From: a virus
IMG/VR virus record: IMGVR_UViG_3300008450_000004
Span: 32,001-96,000 of that record
Length of the DNA stretch: 64,000 nucleotides
Direction: 5' to 3' (one strand)
This document shows, piece by piece, positions 58,610-64,000 of the stretch. A model generated the notes under the pieces. That model searched no databases and was not told the DNA's origin. It saw only the letters and a list, made by a program, of their open reading frames with translations. The translations under genes and the position numbers were made by a program. Numbering within the stretch: position 1 is the stretch's first letter; each line of letters starts with the position of its first letter.

Positions 58610-59195
58610 AAAACTAAATGAAAATATCTCCCCTAGTGGTAGAGCAGTTTGGATGCTCCAAAATCCAGGTAACCCAAATGACACAATCCGAGAATTAGAA
58701 TACGATGATAATACGGGTGAATTTGAGGTTTCTGACGATGGTTTTAAAAAAGGACCAATATGGGAAGCTGAAAGTGGGTTATTTGATGATGTTACAGCTA
58801 TTGGAAAATCTGATGGTAATACTTGGATATTAAAATTTGGGAATGCTGATGGTGAACCAATACTAGATGGATTTAAAGAAGGAGAGGATTTTATTTTTGT
58901 ACCAAAAAGTAAATTACAACCATTAGAAACTGCATATTCTGGATTTTCTGGTGATGATATGGAGGGTATTCATGGGTATTTGAAAAATAACGACTGGGAA
59001 TTAGAAACAGGCACAGAAGAATGGATGGATTTAGCCGATATAATAGGTGAAGAAAACATGTCTGAATATATAGATTTTATCGAGAATACATTAAAAATAA
59101 ACATATTTTAATTTAAAGCGCTCAATACGAGCGCTTTTTTTTACCTCACAACAGCACTTGTTGCTAGGCAAAACCTAAATCGTATATTTACACCA
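58358..59195 (+). repeat. ~105-bp direct repeat (terminator plus promoter)
   Basis: 58358-58463 ~ 59091-59195; aaagcgctc..gagcgcttttt hairpin recurs again at ~59831. Confidence 0.85.
58554..59111 (+). CDS. acidic protein with MTKQLINEAKRFQELAGI leader
   Basis: shares first 18 aa with 57968..58357. Confidence 0.75.
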   Translation: MTKQLINEAKRFQELAGIKKLNENISPSGRAVWMLQNPGNPNDTIRELEYDDNTGEFEVSDDGFKKGPIWEAESGLFDDVTAIGKSDGNTWILKFGNADGEPILDGFKEGEDFIFVPKSKLQPLETAYSGFSGDDMEGIHGYLKNNDWELETGTEEWMDLADIIGEENMSEYIDFIENTLKINIF

Positions 59196-59217
59196 CAATA
59201 AAATAAAAATAAAGGTT

Positions 59218-59496
59218 ATGGAAAATCAATTAGAAAAATTAGACGGATTTATGGGCACAGAAAGTGGTAAATCCTCAAAACGTAGGGGCCGTCCAGCAGT
59301 TGAAGGCTCAAAACGCCAAGCTGTATTAGCTGCTCGCGCAGAGCGAGCTGCAAACGGAGCAGAAATTAAACGTGGTCGTCCGGCTTCAGAAACATCAAAG
59401 AACAACATCAAATTGCAAGAACGTGCTGAACGTATTGCTCGTGGTGAGGTAATTAAACCCGGTCGTCCAAAAATTAAAGCTGAGGTTACTGCTTAA
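59218..59496 (+). CDS. multi-AT-hook DNA-binding protein
   Basis: RRGRP, KRGRP, KPGRPK. Confidence 0.7.
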   Translation: MENQLEKLDGFMGTESGKSSKRRGRPAVEGSKRQAVLAARAERAANGAEIKRGRPASETSKNNIKLQERAERIARGEVIKPGRPKIKAEVTA

Positions 59497-59579
59497 GGCA
59501 GTAACTTTTTACTAAAGGACCTGCGAATTTTTTGTTTGCAGGTTCTTTTTTTTGTATATTTATCTAAAAATTTTTAACC

Positions 59580-59819
59580 ATGAATAAAGAAAAAATACTA
59601 AAACATTTACGCAAGGCTGAAGAAGAAGTAAATAATATCTTAGATGATGCTATGAGCAATAATACTAGCATTACCAACATTGATTTAGAATACATGAGTC
59701 AGCAAATTAATAACCTTATTTCCGAACTAGAGGAAATTGATGAATTAGAGTCTGACCTAGAGGAGGACCCGTGGGAGGATATTGAGGATGAGGATGATAA
59801 GCTGTTTGATGATTATTAA
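59580..59819 (+). CDS. small acidic protein
   Basis: very D/E-rich C-terminus. Confidence 0.65.
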   Translation: MNKEKILKHLRKAEEEVNNILDDAMSNNTSITNIDLEYMSQQINNLISELEEIDELESDLEEDPWEDIEDEDDKLFDDY

Positions 59820-59860
59820 TGTATTAAATTAAAGCGCTCAATACGAGCGCTTTTTTGTGC

Positions 59861-59951
59861 GGGAGGGAGGGGGGGGGAAGGGAGGATCTGGAGCCCCAGA
59901 GCCTGAAACCTCAGACACCCGACACCCTAGAGGGAGGATCTGGAGCTCCAG
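59861..59951 (+). repeat. G-rich tract and 21-bp direct repeat
   Basis: GGGAGGGAGGGGGGGGGAAGGG; AGGGAGGATCTGGAGC(C/T)CCAG at 59879 and 59931. Confidence 0.7.
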
Positions 59952-60010
59952 GCTTTCATCTACTAAAGGCGCTATTCTTTTTTAAATATTATTACATAAA
60001 AATATTGGAA

Positions 60011-60049
60011 GGCAAGATTATTTGTATTATATTTACATCACAATTAATA
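60011..60049 (+). promoter_or_regulatory. G(G/T)CAA-N11-12-TAYnTTTA(C/T)ATCACAATTAA early-type promoter (representative copy)
   Basis: similar copies near 60557, 60850, 61140, 61346, 62141, 62442, each shortly before a start codon. Confidence 0.6.
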
Positions 60050-60070
60050 AAAAACAAAAAAATAAAGGTT

Positions 60071-60499
60071 ATGAAAAATCAAAATGGATTAGCGTTATTT
60101 AACGCAATGAAAGAAGAAGCCAAATCATTAGGTATTGATGTTACAGGAATGAAAAAGGCTGAAATCGAAGCAGCAATCGTAGCTAAACAAGAAGAGTTTG
60201 TTACTCAAAACACAGATGATGTAGACCCTCAAACGGATGATGTTGTAATTAACATTACAAATGAGGGAGTAATCAAATCAACTAGACCAGGTAGACCAGT
60301 AAATTTAGACAGTGTAAGACAAAAGACGCTTGCTGAAAAGCAAAAGTTACGTGAGGAGGGTTTATTGAGAAGAGGTAGACCGGCTGTAGAAAATTCAGCT
60401 CGCCAACAGAGAATGCAGGCGCGTGCTGAAAAGTTAGCCGCAGGTATTCAGGTTAAACCAGGACGTCCTAAGGCTGTTAAAATAGAAGTTGTTTCATAG
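60071..60499 (+). CDS. multi-AT-hook DNA-binding protein, paralog of 59218..59496
   Basis: RPGRP, RRGRPAVENSARQ, KPGRPK; start at ATG 60071. Confidence 0.7.
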   Translation: MKNQNGLALFNAMKEEAKSLGIDVTGMKKAEIEAAIVAKQEEFVTQNTDDVDPQTDDVVINITNEGVIKSTRPGRPVNLDSVRQKTLAEKQKLREEGLLRRGRPAVENSARQQRMQARAEKLAAGIQVKPGRPKAVKIEVVS

Positions 60500-60602
60500 T
60501 TAATAGTTGTTTTATTTAACATAGCGTCTCAGAAATGAGGCGCTTTTGTTTTGTACGTCAAAGTAATTTTGTTATTTTTATATCACAATTAATAATTAAA
60601 CA

Positions 60603-60836
60603 ATGAAAAGACAAGTATCAGACATTTTAGAGGCAGGATTAGGACCTGTATCTTTTTTACAAATTAATCACAATAAAGGTACATATATGGGAGTTTGTCC
60701 TTGGTGTACAAAGGATTTGAATAAAGTAAAAGCAATTAATTTTGGTGATTTATATATCAATTTAGTGACTATCCAAACTGATCATATGGGTGTTTGTAAA
60801 GAAAGAAGAGCAACTAAAATGAAAGTATTTATTTAA
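60603..60836 (+). CDS. small protein with CxxC...H...C
   Basis: CPWC...HMGVC. Confidence 0.65.
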   Translation: MKRQVSDILEAGLGPVSFLQINHNKGTYMGVCPWCTKDLNKVKAINFGDLYINLVTIQTDHMGVCKERRATKMKVFI

Positions 60837-60895
60837 TTTTATGTGGCGAGTCAAGGCTCGCCACTTATCTTTATATCACAATTAATAATTAAACA

Positions 60896-61123
60896 ATGAA
60901 AGATTTATTAAAAAAATTTTTACATGGTGAAAAAGAAACACCAATTATTTACAAATCAAGACCAAACAGAATTTTAGCTCGTTATGAACGCGTGCAACGA
61001 CTTAGAAATATTGCATTAGACGAAAACACTTTTTGCAAAGTTTATCAAGCTAATAGGTTACTTAGAGAGTTAACAGCACAATTAAATCAAATCAATTCTT
61101 ATCAAATTTTGAGTATAAACTAA
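60896..61123 (+). CDS. hypothetical protein
   Basis: 75-aa ORF with own promoter motif. Confidence 0.65.
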   Translation: MKDLLKKFLHGEKETPIIYKSRPNRILARYERVQRLRNIALDENTFCKVYQANRLLRELTAQLNQINSYQILSIN

Positions 61124-61389
61124 AAACACTTTTGTGGCGAGTCAAGGCTCGCCACTTATCTTTACATCATGAAAACAATTATTATAAAATTATTCGTAGT
61201 ATTATGCTGTAGTGAATATAGCGATGGAAATTATTATTATGAGACTAAATCATTAAATGATAAACCAATAACATATGCTGTATATAGCACGTTAAAATAT
61301 AATATTGGGGATACAATTCAATATAAACTGAAATAATTTTGTTTAGTCAGAATTTGTTGTTTATATTTACATCACAATTAAATAAAATT

Positions 61390-61788
61390 ATGAATAAAGA
61401 ATTTGTGCCTTACGAACAAGCATTAGTTTTAAAAGAATTAGGATTTGACGAGCCTTGTTTTAGGTGGTATGATGAGAGATGGGGTGATGATTTACAACAA
61501 GATAAATTTAACACTAATAAGGATTTATTTATGACTGATTTAGATTGTTCAGCCCCACTCTATCAACAAGCCTTTAGATGGTTTAGAGAGAAGTATGACT
61601 TACATTGTTGGCCTGAACCAACTGGTTCTAATAGGTACTGTTGTAAATATGATGGGAATGATGAAACGGGATATAGATGGGTCGGGTATTTAAGAAATGA
61701 TAACAAAGAAATTTTATTTTACCTAACTTACGAAGAAGCAGAACTCCATTGTCTTAAAAAATTAATCGAAATAGTAAAAAACAAATAA
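61390..61788 (+). CDS. hypothetical protein, paralog of 42306..42710
   Basis: MNKEFVPYEQAL..., APLYQQAFRWFREKY. Confidence 0.75.
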   Translation: MNKEFVPYEQALVLKELGFDEPCFRWYDERWGDDLQQDKFNTNKDLFMTDLDCSAPLYQQAFRWFREKYDLHCWPEPTGSNRYCCKYDGNDETGYRWVGYLRNDNKEILFYLTYEEAELHCLKKLIEIVKNK

Positions 61789-61794
61789 ATAATC

Positions 61795-62151
61795 ATGAAA
61801 TATATAGTAATAGATCACGAAGTAAATGTTAGTATTATATGTAATACTCAGAAAGAAGTTATTGAGTATTGTGGGTATGATGTCCACGAAATTACATTTG
61901 AGCAACTAGTGGAGGATATAAAAGGCATTTATGAGGTAATTGAAATAGAGGGTGATATAAAATGCTTAAATAGTGTGGGGGAAGATGAATTAATAATGGT
62001 CTTAGATGATATAGACGGGGAAACAATGGAATGTGTTATTAGAGATGTCGGAATGGAAGATCAAATGCTCCGCCAACTAATAATGACAATGCCTTTAAAT
62101 CAAATTGAGGAATTAATAATTGAACGAAAAGAACTTGATTGTCAAAATTAA
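61795..62151 (+). CDS. hypothetical protein
   Basis: 118-aa acidic ORF. Confidence 0.65.
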   Translation: MKYIVIDHEVNVSIICNTQKEVIEYCGYDVHEITFEQLVEDIKGIYEVIEIEGDIKCLNSVGEDELIMVLDDIDGETMECVIRDVGMEDQMLRQLIMTMPLNQIEELIIERKELDCQN

Positions 62152-62189
62152 TTACTTATATTTACATCACAATTAATAAATAAAACGAT

Positions 62190-62402
62190 ATGAAAATTTT
62201 TAACGGAATCATCAGTGTATTATTAGGATTAGTATCACTGTATTTAATGTTTGTTAAGTCACAAACCGATCAAGACCTTATTTTAGGATTTACTGTGTTG
62301 TTAATGTCAATTATATTCATGTGTTTCATGATTATGGGTGAACAAAAAGAAGACATTGAAAAACTAAGACATCATATCCTGAAGGTAAAAGGGATAAATT
62401 AA
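62190..62402 (+). CDS. two-TM small membrane protein
   Basis: two hydrophobic segments. Confidence 0.65.
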   Translation: MKIFNGIISVLLGLVSLYLMFVKSQTDQDLILGFTVLLMSIIFMCFMIMGEQKEDIEKLRHHILKVKGIN

Positions 62403-62484
62403 GATAATTAATTTGGTTTTAATTGTTTAAGTATGTGGATGGGCAAAGCTCATCCACTATTTTTATCTCATAATAATTAAAACA

Positions 62485-62880
62485 ATGAAAATAATTTTAG
62501 AACCACAAGAATCAGAAGAAATGTTCCACACTGCATTATGCAACGGATTGTCTTACATTTCAAGTCACGGCTTAACTTTAGAAGCAGATGAGCAAGACTA
62601 TCAAGCCGCTAAGCAGAGCCTAAACTCAAAGAACCCCGATCGAGGAATCTGCTACGAGGATGTCTTATTAGAAGTACTCCGTATAGGTAAATCATTAACC
62701 CTAATCGATGAAGAAGGAGATGGCGATAATAATAGCACAATTAGTCTCTCAGATGTTCACGAGCGAGTATCTCAAACACCGATAGACCATCTGACAAACA
62801 TGATCACTGAAAACGATGATGCTGAAACTGCAGACGTAATTATTCAAACCGTATTTTATCAGGACATTATATTCGGATAA
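62485..62880 (+). CDS. conserved phage hypothetical protein
   Basis: C-terminal DAETADVIIQTVFYQDIIFG. Confidence 0.75.
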   Translation: MKIILEPQESEEMFHTALCNGLSYISSHGLTLEADEQDYQAAKQSLNSKNPDRGICYEDVLLEVLRIGKSLTLIDEEGDGDNNSTISLSDVHERVSQTPIDHLTNMITENDDAETADVIIQTVFYQDIIFG

Positions 62881-62904
62881 TTAAAACCTGCGATTTAAAC
62901 GCTC

Positions 62905-62938
62905 GAGCGCATGCAAATACATAAGCATGCGCTCTTTT
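62905..62938 (+). terminator. intrinsic terminator ending the + strand gene run
   Basis: gagcgcatgc-10 nt-gcatgcgctc-tttt. Confidence 0.7.
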
Positions 62939-63366
62939 GTCTCTAGCGCATATGATCGCATGTATGCTAATGTAAAGCGACATTTACGCGAGCTAGCGCG
63001 AGCGATAAAAAAGAAACACCCGGATGTGAGGGAGTGAGGGGAGTACAGGCCCTAGCGGCCCGCTAGCGGATTGACAGCGGAATGATCCCATACCACCCGC
63101 GATCCATGTGCGTGGCGGGATTGGCGCAAAATAAAATGTGACATATTCACAACTCGCACACGTCTTTTCGCCATCGACAATATATACATATATCCCAACT
63201 TTTTGCGTTTACATTTTCGGAATAACCCCTTTTGAGAAAACTTGCAGAATATCAAAGAACACTTTTAAACGAATTTTTTGCGTCGACAAAAGTATATACT
63301 AATATATTGGCATACCAGAGCAAGTTGGATTGATAGTATGCCCATTATAAAGATGACTATCTTTTG

Positions 63367-63440
63367 CACGCCTGGGTGGATTCGAACCACCAACACTCGG
63401 ATTTGGAGTCCGATGCTCTACCAATTGGAGCTACAGACGC
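63367..63440 (-). tRNA. trnW: tRNA-Trp (CCA)
   Basis: GCGTCTG/CAGGCGT acceptor, D-arm GCTC..GAGC, anticodon arm TCGGA-CTCCAAA-TCCGA, T-arm GGTGG-TTCGAAT-CCACC; no encoded CCA end. Confidence 0.92.
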
Positions 63441-63556
63441 ATGTACGGGTCTTTCCCCGTTAGTCACCGCTCGCATTTTGCGCATCAACTTGGACTTGCT
63501 TCCAAAAAGCTTTTCCTCATATCTATTATAGCTGCAACCGCGGTTCTCACTACTCG

Positions 63557-63683
63557 TAGTCAGGACAGGATTCGAACCTGTAACGCTTCCGCACTTCTGC
63601 GTTGATACCTTTTTTGTTTAATGTGAGGTTCGGACATACCTCATTACAGTTTTTTAGTGTCTAACCAATTCCACCACCTGACT
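63557..63683 (-). ncRNA. tRNA-like RNA lacking a normal anticodon arm
   Basis: acceptor AGTCAGG/CCTGACT, D-arm GTG-GAATTGGTTAGA-CAC, T-arm ACAGG-TTCGAAT-CCTGT, ~75-nt central insert. Confidence 0.7.
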
Positions 63684-63688
63684 AACCA

Positions 63689-63970
63689 TTAACTATACTC
63701 CTCAAGACATCATTTCTGATTTACTGCTAGAAGCCAGTCATTCATAGTTAATATTTACCCCACCTTGAGATTACTGGTAAGTAGTTATTTGGGTTTTCTA
63801 TTTCTTAAAAACCTCCGAGGCATCCCTCATAAAAACATCCAACACTACTGGGAGAGATTGTGTCAGTCCCTTTATCCCAAGACGTCCCACTCGCGCCGTA
63901 GACATTCTGCGAGTTCATTGTTTAAGTCTTGAACCAAAGACTCTGAGTACCTCTTACTCAATACGATTTT
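63689..63970 (-). ncRNA. candidate structured ncRNA upstream of the tRNA genes
   Basis: no ORF in the track; stems GAGTA/TACTC, AGTCTT/AAGACT, CTCGC/GCGAG, TTAACTAT/ATAGTTAA. Confidence 0.4.
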
Positions 63971-64000
63971 AATCTACTTTGTGTATTTCATTAACTAATT

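Noticed and set aside
57920-59195. Diversity-generating retroelement TR/VR pair
   Set aside because: The repeats cover promoters, leaders and terminators, show no adenine-specific mismatch pattern, and no reverse transcriptase is in the window.
708-59411. Short - strand ORFs in the ORF track (e.g. 708-893, 6646-6861, 15423-15731, 32570-32917, 55859-56278)
   Set aside because: They lie antisense to convincing + strand genes and have no recognisable motifs; treated as shadow ORFs.
59855-60070. 72-aa N-terminal extension of the second AT-hook protein
   Set aside because: TTG start upstream of the promoter motif at 60011; ATG 60071 has the same AAAGGTTATG context as its paralog.
63052-63463. 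ORFs 63052..63255 (-) and 63278..63463 (+)
   Set aside because: The second is antisense to tRNA-Trp; the first has atypical composition and no motif.
63557-63683. tRNA-Tyr(GTA) or tmRNA reading of the tRNA-like element
   Set aside because: CTGTAAT is present but has no pairing anticodon stem; there is no G3.U70 pair or tag ORF, and it is too short for tmRNA.

Overview
A 64-kb segment of a large, very AT-rich dsDNA tailed phage genome, probably infecting Bacteroidota (inferred from a DUF4494-like gene, an outer-membrane beta-barrel domain and TAnnTTT-type promoters). Nearly all genes lie on the + strand. From left to right: (1) 7-deazaguanine and purine-salvage genes (queE, folE, hpt) and a dUTPase-fold enzyme; (2) a T4-like replication module (PolB, clamp, clamp loader) with phage GroES/GroEL; (3) an ~18-kb glycosylation/nucleotide-sugar cluster; (4) ClpP-like, lysis/membrane and RNA-repair-type genes; (5) thyA; (6) many small accessory genes; (7) tRNA and tRNA-like RNAs on the - strand at the right end. 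Four GIY-YIG homing endonucleases are present; one splits a glycosyltransferase and one sits between duplicated thyA 5' ends. The strongest novelty candidate is 51064-53287, an integron-like array of five small cassettes next to a tyrosine recombinase. The cassettes are delimited by conserved TAAC...GTTA hairpins, each body has its own terminal inverted repeat, and two ORFs begin inside a hairpin loop and read across the putative recombination site. All assignments come from motif recognition by eye; no database searches or folding programs were run.
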